From positions 1 to 39,859 of the forward strand of contig JBHJMP010000708.1 of assembly GCA_043381765.1 (NCBI GenBank): a DNA stretch of 39,859 nt. The letters run 5' to 3'. This document shows positions 19,419 to 31,339 of the stretch, one piece after another. Each line of letters opens with the position of its first letter. The first letter of the stretch is position 1. The DNA comes from Collodictyon triciliatum. Lineage: Eukaryota. The position numbers and the translations under genes were made by a program. The notes beneath the pieces were generated by a model. That model made no database searches. It was not told the DNA's origin and saw only the letters and a list, made by a program, of their open reading frames with translations.

Positions 19419-21649
19419 ATGGAACAAGAAACTCCTGAGGTCAAAAAACAGCGCGTCGAGGAATCTTGTAAACTTGCGATATGAGCGAAAGCCTATATTA
19501 TTGCACATAGAAATCCCTCGCCTCCCTTCTCCTTTTCTTAGTTTCAGGCGTATAATAGCATGTCATCTTCGAGTATTCTTTCATTTCTTTAAACACATTC
19601 ATTATAGCAATGTCCACGAAGCCGATCACTTTCGTAACAGGTTTGTGTGCGCAACGTTGCTTCTGTTGTAAAAAGAAAAAAAGAAAAAAGAAAGGGGTTC
19701 CACTTTCCTCCCCTTTTCCTTTTCCTGTCCCTCAATCAGACCCTTTTAATTGGGTATAGAACCCAGCAGTGAGAAGAAACGAGATATTAAAAAAAGATAT
19801 ATGCACATCACTCCTTGTCATATTTATTGAAGGGCAGGTTTTTTTTTTTATCTACCTCTCACCTCACAGGAAACGCAAAGAAACTCGAGGAAGTCAGCGC
19901 TATTCTGGGCAAGTCATTCAATATCACGAACCAAGATGTTGACCGTGAGTTTAGCTTCGCTAATTGAATTATGTGGATTTTCTTCTTCTCATGCGTTGGT
20001 GATTCGATATATCTGCCATCCGACTTCATAATTACTTTCTGTTTTCATTTATTGTAATTCACAACATTTCACCAACATGGTATCCCCTTTTTTTTTTATA
20101 TATATTTTAATTAAAGTACATTTCATCCTCGCTACCGGATGTAACCATTTGGCTCTAATATTTTTTGTTTGCTTTATTTCACTCTTCTATATATATCTGC
20201 ACGACAGTTCCTGAACTCCAAGGAGACGATCTCGAGATAGCCCTGGAAAAGTGCAGACTTGCTGCTGAGAAGGTCTAGATAGATTACTCATTCATATAGA
20301 ATATCTACATATAATTAACACCCTCCCGTTTGGATACTCTGGCACCTCTGACATGACGGCATTCATCTAATTTAGGCCACTCTTTTACTTTAGGTTGGTG
20401 GCCCTGTCTTGACAGAGGATACTGGGCTGTGTTTTAATGCGTTGGGTGGACTGCCAGGTTCCAGTCGAAATATTTCTCATATCAACACAACCGCACATTT
20501 TGCTTAACAAGCCCTCATTATAAGCCATTCGCTGCGTTTGCAAAGTTTTTATTCCAGTTAGATTGCTTACACTCCATCACATTTTACCTTCATCGCTCTT
20601 ATTTTTTTGACAGGCCCTTACATGTAAGTAAATATCTTGAAAACTTAATTACAACTCAAATTATTGAATTTTTGGATGCTTGAAAAATTATTATTATTGT
20701 TATTATTGTCATTATTGTTATTATTGTTATTATTGTTATTATTAAAATTCAATAATAACTTCTTAACATGGGAACTTCTTTGATTATATTTTTATGAAGA
20801 AAATGGTTCCTCAAGAAATGCGGAAACGAAGGTGCGTAACAATCCTATGGCTCTAATTTCAATATTTATATAGTGAACTTACCGATTTCACAGGAACCGG
20901 ATTTTGCTTATAACATTCACCTTCAAGACGATAAACCAACATAAATAAAATAAACTGAGGCTAACAAACTATCATGATATGGATGAATATGATTATGAAA
21001 TATTCCTGCATCCAATTCAATCTCTTCTAAATGGTAGGATTGAACAAAATGCTGGTCGGATTTGAGGACAAAAGTGCATATGCCCAATGCATATTTACAT
21101 TCTCCGAGGGCCCAGGACACGAGCCGAAGTCCTTTGTCGGCCAAACACCTGTGCGTGACGTATTGGCAGAAACAATCGATCACCGTTGTTTCCCCCGCCC
21201 ACTGTATTAATAGTGCAGCTTCATTGAAACGAGACAGTGGCTTATTTGAATAAGTTTATATCTAATTTTTTTTCTTGTTTTTTTTTCTCTTGTATATGTA
21301 GGGGAAAATTGTCCATCCGAGAGGCCCGGCAAACTTTGGATGGGACCCAGTGTTTCAACCAGACGGATTCGACCAAACGTAGGCGAATATGTTTTATCTT
21401 ACACAGCAAACATCACGGGTCAAATAGGATAACCCCAAACTCACAATCATATCCCATGTTTTCGGTGAAAGCCATATGTGTAAAGTCTAAGCGAAGCTAT
21501 GATACTCAAATGCATTTATTTATTTCTATTTACATCTGGGTAGATATGCAGAGCTGGATTCCGAAATCAAAAACACGATTTCCCACAGACGCAGAGCCCT
21601 CGACCTCCTCACTGAATTCCTTCGCTCGCGTGCTTCTGACAGCCAATAA
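19419..21649 (+). CDS. ITPA: Inosine triphosphate pyrophosphatase (HAM1 family), about 10 exons
   Basis: Joined exons give [14 protein letters not shown]...DLPELQG...EKCRLA...[27 protein letters not shown]...[18 protein letters not shown]...[30 protein letters not shown]...[11 protein letters not shown]. Stop TAA at 21647-21649. An alternative start at ATG about 19610 is possible. Confidence 0.96.
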
Positions 21650-21911
21650 CAAGGACACATGGCTGACAGCAATAAAGCTCGTGATCTTCCTTTGAATCCG
21701 CAGAAAAGGGAATGAAAAACGAAAGGAAAAGAAAGAGGGAAGTGGAGGAATCGAGAGGAAGACCTAAAAGAATCCTTTCCATGAAAAGCAAAATCTTCAA
21801 ACTCCTCATTTGAATTAATGGGGGGGTTTCTGCAACGAAAATCAAATTAACAAACTTTGAATTGTGTGGTTGATATCGTTTCTTATTTATTTTGTGGAAT
21901 GGTCCATACTT

Positions 21912-24695
21912 TCACATAAATCCCTTGACCTTGAAGAAAATGTAAAGGATGATAGAAATCAGGGCGACGCATGAACATATGATGTAGAATGCATTGAGAT
22001 TGTTAACTTCTTGTGCAGGGACAGGAACGTTCATCCCAAACAGAGCAGCTATTTTGATATTCGAAAAAAAAAGAAAAGCAGATGATATGAATAGGGATAA
22101 TTAAATCTTGATACATGATAAATGGAAAATGAAAGAATAGGGTCAGAGAAAGATCAATAAATACTACCGACGAGCCCACTTGGCATGTAAATCGTGCCAA
22201 TAGATGTAATAATCTTAACAGTGATACCGGCCCGGTTTGCCTCGCTTATTTGACGGATACTCGACTATAGTGAATATAATTTAACGATAGATTTAAGAAG
22301 GATTGCTTTCACCAATATGAGAAAAATAGAGACAGTTTTAAAAACAAATGAGGTAGGAGGCAGTCATTATTTTTATCATATAACTATGAGGTGTAGGTAT
22401 CAAAATCAATCTATCATTTTTCTGTTGATGTTACCGCAGTAAGAAAGTTAGTCTCGGATGTGTTAAGCATCTCCTTTAAAATCTGGACACCGAATTAACC
22501 ATGTTATATAAATTTGTATAAAGTATTGTAACAATTTAATTACGGAATAAAGGAAACCTGCAGAGAAGATTTCATATTTGCGATTCGATGGTATAATGAA
22601 CGCAGATAAAACTATACATTGCATGCAGAGAAAGAAAAGGTATTTTTTTTATTACATCAAATAAGTAGTAAAAATAGTTTGGGGTTAATTAATATAGCTG
22701 TCCCTCTTTCCAAATCGATGTAACCACCTGAACATTTTCCACGATGAATCGTCTGTTACCTCTGCAGAGGGACTTTATCGTTTTCTACAAATGAAAGCAT
22801 ATGATGGTGATGAAACCAACCCACTTTTAAATACGATGATGAAGAGGAGATTGATACGTAGTGAAAAAAAGTATTTGACAATCAAATACCTCTTTCGCTA
22901 TAATCATATGAAACATAACAGAAGCTAAAAGGTGGGCATTTCTTAGTCGAATCAGCAGCTCTCTCGCATTTGTACTAATGAAAGTTTTTTTACCTATTTT
23001 TTTAGGGGAACATGCGAATCACGTGAAAAACTATGGGATTTTTTTTAATACATATGCACCTGTCCTTTAAAGTCAGAATACACGAATCAATTGCATCCAC
23101 ATCGATACTCAAAAGGGTGGTGTGTTTCTGGAAATTATCCGCCTTTTCATACCCAACATCCCAAAATTAAGATAGTTCAACAGCGACAGACTCACCAATA
23201 AAAGTAAAAGTAGACATTTTAGTCAGTAACTCTTATATTGGAACACATTTACTTACATTCAAGTGCAAGATAGCGGACAGACACCAACCAGGCGAAGGAA
23301 GAATCTTCATATCATTTTTCAGTCGGTTCATTAAGTCAAACACTATCAGAAAGTTGTAGAGACAGTTTAATGCGTTGCTTTTTTTTTAAAAAAAAAAGAA
23401 AATACCGTAAGAGAATGGAATAATAATAATAAAAAAGAATCTATTACATCTAGTTCTTCTCGACGGATGTATAGTGATGAGTATATTTTGATAGAGGAGC
23501 ATTTTAATGGGAGCGAATTCGACAATTGAAGATGATCGATCAGGAAAAACCTAGACAAAATGTATATTATAGGTGATGATTAAAACCGGCTTAGCTTCAA
23601 TTGAATATTGACCCTTCATCGATTTGACGATGAGCCACGTTAGGGTAAAAAACTCAGTTTACTCACATCATGGATAATCATGAAAAGGTAATCTGGGAAG
23701 TATTCCCATTTCTCTCGTATGTGAATCTTCAGTATATCATCTCTAATATTTGTACGATGTAAATTAATTCCATAATACAGTACCAGCGGGCTAATTGAAT
23801 AGAGAGAAAACCTGGTAACTTCATGTATATTCATGTATTGCCATAGAATCCGAATATCCTTATCCATAAGGCGTAAGAGCAAAATTAAAAAAAATGTGAT
23901 TTTCTTTCAAGGAAAAGAAAGCAGTGATTCACATTATTTTGTATATGTTTCACGTTAAATACAAAAAGCTATTGAAATACCCATGCTCAATGAAAATCGA
24001 AGGTTATTTTTTTAAAGTCGGTAATGCACTGAACAAATCTGAAATAATAGCATAAAAATAATTTGGGAAAATCCAAGGTGCTTACAAACTCGGTAGGGTT
24101 TTCAATATTTAACCACGCCACGGTACCAGCATTTGTCCCTTTCGGGGTTTTGTGTTTGTGGGCCTATTTTCATTGTGAATTGTCATTAGCGCACATAAAG
24201 AAGAAAAAGGGCGAATAGGTGAAAAATATATATATGTAAATAAGTGAATAAGTAAACAAATAGATAGATATGAGAGGAAATGTATTCAATGAGAAAAAGT
24301 CTACCAATAGGAAATCCATAGACTGGATTATGGTCAAATCGGACCTTATGCCAGTCTCATCAGACAAGAATGTTAAAGTACTTGGCCCGCCCGTGGAGGT
24401 AGGCGCAACTTCGATGGATACACGCCCCTAACAAATGCAAAGCATGTACATTCGCTCGTCAGAAACTTTTCTCATGATCAAAAATAAGAGAATCGCCCAA
24501 ATAATAAACCTTGAATGAATGTATTAATTCATAGTCAAGCATCTAAGTAACTAATAATAATAATTGGAGGAACAAGAAAAATTTTACTGTTTAAAAATAA
24601 ATATAAATATATATAAACATGAATAATAGTAATAATAACAATTACAATAATAATAACAACAACAATAATAATTCGAATAAAGGAAAAAAAACAAC

Positions 24696-24781
<86 letters not shown>

Positions 24782-25018
24782 GAAGCTGGCCCGATGCGTG
24801 CTTGGCCGACCAGGATGCCCCATGGTGGACTGGACGCTCGGCCGAAAGAACTCGAAGATGTCGACACTCGGGCGCTTCTCGATCGGCTGCAGCTCCACCC
24901 CGAGTCGCGGGGCCGCATCGACCTCCACATCGTGGCTCTCAAAGGCTCCGCTTCCGCTTTCCCACGGCGCTTCAATCACCTCCACCGCCCCGAAACTGCG
25001 CAGCTCCACCTCGCTCAT
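21912..25018 (-). CDS. CorA-family (ALR1/MNR2-like) 2-TM-GxN divalent cation transporter, multi-exon
   Basis: Joined exons give MSEVELRS...(disordered)...VAWLNIENPTEF DIRILWQYMNIHEVTRDDILKIHIREKWEYFPDYLF...SPGWCLSAIL...FYLRSLYHR...ANRAGITVKIITSIGTIYMPSGLVAALFGMNVPVP (GMN at 22029-22037), then a hydrophobic TM2 and KVKGFM*. One or two internal joins near 23130-23240 are not fully resolved. Confidence 0.88.
24622..24780. repeat. (AAT)n-rich microsatellite starting directly at the first-intron donor of the CorA gene
   Basis: Directly visible; minus-strand donor TTC|GTATTATTATT. Confidence 0.93.
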
Positions 25019-25179
25019 CCCAAAGGTCTCGTTGCTCTCTGCTGCTTGGCCTGGCTTGGCTTGGGGGCAACGGGGCTTAGCAATGGCCGCTCTGGTATGT
25101 AGGCAAGCGCCGTTTTTGCACGGCCCATTGCACTTTGCTTTGAATTGTTTGGTTTTCTGTCTTTGGCAAACGGGTTCAA

Positions 25180-25500
25180 CCCATCAAAAATTGGAACCAC
25201 GGTGATGCCCTTTCTGGGATGAAGCTTATCGTGCGACAAGTTCCGTACTGGTATCCGAAGGCGGATGAGCACGACTCCAGATTAGGGCACCCCATCGTCC
25301 TGGCTCGATCTGGATGTTCCAGACTTGCTTCGGATTTGTTCGACGTGACGTCACTCCCGCGAGCCACGCGGAGAATATCTGTAGAAACTCTACAAGTACG
25401 GTTGCCCAGCGCCACGACAATCACTTACGTTCATTTTGCCGTGTTAGGGTCCTCCAGATTGGGAACGATGAAGTTCGCTATATTCTGATTGTGGGTGGCT
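25180..25500 (-). mobile_element. Possible decayed non-LTR retrotransposon fragment
   Basis: Frameshifted peptides KQVW...WGALIWSRAHPP and LSHDKLHP resemble the WxxIW...PPK...HxxL motif before L1 zf-RVT. A similar RSHPPK occurs at about 31900. Confidence 0.3.
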
Positions 25501-25703
25501 GATGTCGAGAAATTGGCAATGAATTTATTTCAGCATTTAGAGCTACCGTTCTTATGGGTGCCTGCCCCAAAGTTGACATTTCTCATTTGCCTGCTCTTGT
25601 TATAAAAAAAACAAAACACCGCAGAAATCACTACTCCCACACGCGATACCGCGTAATGCGCCATAACCACCAAAGATACTAGGACATGCATATACTAGTG
25701 CGC

Positions 25704-25745
25704 AAACCAGTTCAGAAACCAGTTCAGAAACCAGTTCAGAACCAG
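25704..25745. repeat. 12-bp tandem repeat (AAACCAGTTCAG) x3.5
   Basis: Directly visible. Confidence 0.9.
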
Positions 25746-26462
25746 CAAAGTATTTGGATAAAGGAAAGCACAGAGTAATCTGTGCGTGCTATCAAAGAAT
25801 GTCCAAGTTCTTAAAATCGATGATAATAAGGGGACAGAAATGGTGAGAGAAATATCTGTTGATACAGCAGCATTCGAAAAGTCTCCGACTAAATACCGAA
25901 CACCGCAGCCCTTAAGACGCGGGCGCATTGAAAAGAAAGGCTCTATTAGAAATTACTTCTTAGTCAATCTTGGAAATTATATCCCATTCGTGTTTTTTCC
26001 TCTTACTCCCTAAATTTATGTGATAAAATTGGAGTGTAGTCGGGCGCACGCTGTATAATATACGTAAATGAGGCCACATCATATATTAAATACCATTAGG
26101 AATGCTTCTCTGCATTTTCTGTTATCCTCCCTAGATATGCCACAGACCCAAACCAAAGGGGATGTGTGGCGAACGTTAACGCGGAAAATGCCCACAGCAG
26201 CTTGTGGCCAGAAAACCTACCATCCTTTGTATTTATACCCCCGGCTGTATGGTTGGGGTCGCTGTTTTGGCAGAAGCCTTCAGACCAAAAACCAACTATG
26301 ACCTATGATTTATAATATTATTAATATTATTCTGCGTTTGCATTCAAAACCCTGGCACTCTTCTTTAGCGCTGCGTATCAGAGAGCACTCGCTTAAGGGA
26401 CCAACACTAAGCAAAATACAAACACACGAGACAGTCTAATTGCCTGCACAAACGCAAGCCTC

Positions 26463-28451
26463 ATGGGAAACGTGGTGCCTACTACAGTCAGCTTATCCAG
26501 TCAGGACATGGACTTGGAGGAGCTCCGAAAAATCACTGGGGATCGCAACTTCCTCACTCTGAAGCAACGCACAGTGTTAAACCTAAGCAGGTCTCTGTTT
26601 TGGGAGAAAAACCTCCCAATGGTCCCCCGTGGCGTCTTTGAATTGGAGAACTTGATGTCCTTAGATCTTAATTGGAATGAACTCTCATCGCTACCGCCAG
26701 AGATATCCTACTTGACAGGTCTCACCTTGCTTGATGTTGGTGTCAATAAGCTGGCATCCCTGCCAAAGGAATTATCCTGTCTGACCGGTCTAATTGTGCT
26801 CGATGTTGGTGTCAATATGCTAACGTCGCTGCGTCCAGAAATATCGTGTTTGAAAAAACTCGAAGAGCTTTATGTCCAGGAAAACCCGGTATTGAGTCAA
26901 GCATAAACTTACAATCATTTTTTATAATTTTTTTTTTTGTGTACCGAAAGTGAAATATTCTAACAATCAAATAGATGGAGGAGCTACCGGCACAAATTAC
27001 TGTTCTCAAGAACCTTCGGATACTGGGGATAATCGATGGGAAAAAAAACACTAAAACAATCAGAGCACCTAGTAGCCTCACATGTCTTCCATGTTGGAAT
27101 AACTCAGCGTACTATAACGGAGTGTCTGTCTCGAATGCGGTTAGAAAGCTGCGACTATATGACTACGTAAGCAACACAAATCTCAACATGCTTTATCCTA
27201 ATGAACTAAATACGATGATAACTCCCGCATTCTCCGCCAGGTGGGTGTCACAGCAGAGAATCACGAAGTTGAAGAGGCCCCAAAAGCGGCTGCGTATACA
27301 CGTATATATTTTTTCCACTCCACTTTTCAGTAAACAAATCGCTCAAGTATATACCAGCCCATACCTCACAATAAATCATTACAGCCCCAAGCCGTCTGGC
27401 CCTTAGCAAATACGCGGACCTGCTGAGCGCAGACTTTGAGAAGCGGGAGAACATCCTGGGCAAGGGTGACTTCGGGCTGGTTTTCAAGGCACAGTTGAAG
27501 GCGGGCCTCTTCGCCGTGAAGCTTATTACAAATACACAGATGCTCGCAACTGTCAATGGCGCAGACCCTGAGATAGAGGGCAACATAATGCTGGAGTTGC
27601 AACATCCAAACATTTTAAGACTCTATGACTTCGGGTTCCGTGGCAAGGACCTGCTCTTTATCATGGAGTTTGCAGACGGCGGAGACCTATGCTCACTTAT
27701 TGAAAGGTGTAAATCACTAGGTAACGACCTGACCCTCAGATACGGGATGCACATCATCCAGGGACTCGTCTACCTGCACACACGGCCCATGCCCATCCAG
27801 TATCGCAACCTCAAGACCGACAGTGTCCTCCTTGTGAACGGAATCGCCAAGCTGAACGACTTCAGTGTTGCAAAGAGCGGCGTCACTGTCAACTTAGTGA
27901 GTGGGTTCAAAGGCTCAAAGAACTGGTCGCCACCCGAAGCCTTCGAGCTTGGCAAGAGCATGGGGCTGCCCAGCGACGTCTACTCGTATGGCACAGTTCT
28001 CTGGTCCATGTTGAGTGGCGAATATCCGTACGAAGGTATGACTGTGGGTGAGGTTGGCACAAGAGTCATGGGCGGTAAAATGCTTCCTCTCCCTCCCACT
28101 TGTCCTTCTAACCTCGCAGCTCTAATTCACAAGTGCTGGGAGAGAAGCTATGAGGCTCGCATCGCTGCCAAACAAGTCGAGGCAGAGCTCAAGGACATCA
28201 TCACCAACCCTGTTGCTGTTCCGGCCTCTCCAAGGACAAGCCCAGTCAACCTCATGGACACGCAAAGGCTCGTCGCTTATCTTGAGAGTAAGGCTGCCAA
28301 CCCAATGCTGGTGCAGGCTTGTATCGATAACAAGATTGGCGGGCCCGAGTTTGTCCTGCTAACTGAGGAATATGTGAAATGTATTGTCCCAGAGTTCAGG
28401 AACTTCCACATCCAGGCCGTACTAAAACTTATCGAGGAGGCAAAGGGCTGA
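26463..28451 (+). CDS. LRR, TKL-like (pseudo)kinase and SAM-like domain protein
   Basis: Exon 1 (26463-26888) has 23-aa LRRs (LxxLDLxxNxLxSLPxEI). Further exons at 26975-27165, about 27241-27301 and 27385-28451. Kinase features: GKGDFGLV, AVK, HPNILRL, MEFADGGDL, WSPPE, SDVYSYG. The C-terminal RLVAYL...NKIGGPEFVLLTEE...VLKLI resembles a SAM domain. Confidence 0.85.
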
Positions 28452-28929
28452 TGGGAGCTCCTGTTTATGCATCTTTGGCAAGAATACATTCTTTTGCTCC
28501 TTCTGTGTGATTTTATTGAGTTTCCTTTTTCGTTGACGCCTGGCGCCAGGCTTCATTATCATCTTCTGCAATACAATACGGATGAAAAGAATTATTTTTG
28601 AAATCCCAAAGACTTAATAAACAAACCAATCAATAAAGATGTGCCTGCTCTTTGTCGATTGCTTCGAGGCAAAGTATACTGACTCATTTGAAAATGTACA
28701 GTTTATAGGACTTATCGCGCACGTATATATTTAGGTTCCTTTTTTATGCTTTTAAAAAAAATAATACCCATAATCAAAATTACTGGTTGTTTTCTCATTA
28801 GAATATATACCAAATAAGCAAAGGACTCTTTTGAACATATTAAAAGCTCTTGGCTATCATGCTCACATCTGGTTTCCTTGTATCGAAGATTGGGAAGTGT
28901 CCATGTTTTGTTCAACAGGATTGTTGGTA

Positions 28930-30660
28930 TTTCCCCCCTTTATTCAATTCAAAGTGCAGCGAGGTTGTGCCATACAAAGGGGCGGGATGGGAGCGCATGG
29001 AAGAGAGCAAACGCGAGTAGGAGAAGACACTACCGTGGAGAGGCTAGCACTGGAAAGAAATCAGTGATAGCGAGTTGGCCAGGTGGGCGTCCCAACTGGT
29101 TGATTGGTTGCGTGGGAAGCAGGGGTTGTATATGCTGTGGGAGATATCGCACGACACATTCTCACATCTTTCTTCGCTTGCGGTCAGAGTAGCGAAGAAT
29201 GCGAGCGTGTTTCAGCAGACTGTTCAGGAAGCTGTATTGCACGAGGCTTTCAAGCCTGGATACATCGATTTCTCGTTCGGGTGAGTCATTAGAGCGAGAG
29301 AATGCACGCACACTCCATAAAAACCACAGCATATGTCCCCTTGTGACTGTCCAGAGTATTCTAGAGTCGTGGGTCATTTGGCATTGTGTGCCAAACAGGA
29401 TGTCAGACGCGCTGAGTCGGTTGGGAGCATAATCAAGCTCAGAGAGCATCTTGTGGGTAGACTCTGTCACTTTTTGAGCCAGAGAGCACTTCACAAATGT
29501 GTGTTCGATAGAGTCATCTCCACTATGGCACATGGTGCACTCTGGAGAGGTCGTTGCTGCATGGACTACACGCGCACCTCTCCACAGCTCTCTGTTGGAG
29601 ATATTGAGCAGTGGAGCGCGGTGTTTTGGAAGTAACTGATATGTGCGGACTTGCTTCCAGTTTTTTTTAAATTTGACTCTTCCTAGTGATGAAGTTACGG
29701 CAGATGTCTTCCAGTTCCTTCAGCCTCTTGGGATTCAGCAAAGTGCCTTTCATGTTGTAGATAAGGGTCGACAGCATCACTTGATTCCACAACCTTACTT
29801 TCCCCGACATCCGAGAGATGAAAGTTGCCCCACACTGATATTTTCGACTTGATGTCCTCAACCAGACTTGTCCATTTGTTGTCCGATTGTGTACCGAAGA
29901 TGATGCCAAGATACTTGAGTGGATGTGACAGTTGCTTCCACACAATGTTTCCTGGAAACATAAGTCCATCCTGAAACCCGAAAAGAATTACATCTGTCTT
30001 GTCATAGTTGATTTTCCCGCCGACAGCTCGTGTGTATTATTGCATGCATTTGTTGGCGAGTGTGGCGCCTTCGGGAGACCGCAAGATGAAAGCTGTGTCG
30101 TCTACATATTGAAGTAGCAGTTGGTTTCGCGCCTTGTTTTCGTTTCGGAAGTGGTTTGCAAGGCAGTCAGCGACAAAGTTGAAGAGCAGTGGTGCAAGTG
30201 GGAAGCCTTGATACAACCTGCTCTATCTTTGGATTGCATCCGTAGGTCCGTGTGCCGTGAGTACCCTCGCTGTTGCATTGTCGTGCAGTTTCTTGATAAG
30301 ACTGGTGAATCCAGTACAGAAGCCTCTTTTTTGTAGGATGGTTTCCAGTGCTTCGTGGTTCACATAGTCGTATGCTTTCTCCAGGTCGTAGAAAATCATA
30401 GCGCGGGGTGTCCTGCTTACTTGATATTCCATGTACTCTTTGTTGACAACCCAGATGTTTGTGTCGATGTTCCTTCCGTTCATGAAGCCAATCTGCTCTT
30501 TGGATATGAGTTTGTCAGCGATGGGTGATATGCGATTTCTGAGTAGCGTCGTAAATATCTTATAGTCGTTATTCAACAGTGATATTGGCCGCCAGTCTGC
30601 AAGATTGCTCGAGTTTCCTTTGTTTGGCATCAGCCTCATGTTGTTTTTGTCAGATAAATA
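28930..30660 (-). mobile_element. Degenerate, 5'-truncated L1/Tx1-like non-LTR retrotransposon (RT and zf-RVT)
   Basis: LADWRPISLLNNDYKI, QIGF..GRNI, DLEKAYDYVNH, YQGFPLAPLLF, QYVDDT, LKYLGI and CTMCHSGDDSIEHTFVKC. It has in-frame stops (e.g. 30223), frameshifts and an apparent internal deletion near 29660. The 3' end is AATAAA-GGGGGG-AAA at 28944-28930. Confidence 0.92.
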
Positions 30661-31034
30661 CAATAAAAGTAAACCACTTCATCTTTGTTGATTTCATCAT
30701 GCCAAGATGCGTTGCATTGCATAGATTGAAACGTTTCCTAAAACAATGGCCTGGAGGCAGCATTTGATGCCACGACAAACCGCTACCTCATCCCTTATGA
30801 AATATTCCTCATCTATTGCTCCTATTCTTGACTAGCGATACAAACATCACAAATAACTGAAATATTCACGATGCCAATGATTATGGCGTGTATTCATACT
30901 GAGTGCCTCATGAACAAGGTTAACCTGGGCGTAATAAACAAGAGTTCGTAGAAAAAAGTTTGAGTGTAATTTTCAGTTATATGTAGTGTATTATTTTCTC
31001 TTCTGATTCCTTTTTTTTCTCTATTTTTTGCTAC

Positions 31035-31118
31035 CTTTTTGTTTCCTTTTTTTGTTTCCTTTTTTTGTTTCCTTTTTTTGTTTCCTTTTTTTGTTTCCTT
31101 TTTTTGTCTCTTTTTTTT
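31035..31118. repeat. 13-bp T-rich tandem repeat (GTTTCCTTTTTTT)
   Basis: Directly visible. Confidence 0.88.
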
Positions 31119-31339
31119 TTCATATGACAGGTTGCGTACACAACTTTGTGCGAGAAATCCCTCATTGTAACCAATCTGAATTATAAACAAAAGCATTCCG
31201 CCTCCAGAAGGAGAGACGAGCTAAGAAAAGAAGCGACTCGGTTTTCTATTGCGCGCTCGCTGCCCAACCTTCCAACCCCCCTGTCCCTATTCTCTATCTT
31301 TATTTTACTTTCAGTCCTCTCAGCTCTACCACGATTCTG

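Noticed and set aside
21647-21715. ITPA TAA-CAA readthrough extension
   Set aside because: It does not match the CARYYA context and the extension has no targeting signal.
22560-22575. CAGAGAAGATT resembling the U6 snRNA core
   Set aside because: Only about 11 nt match, the flanks do not, and it is antisense to a CorA exon.
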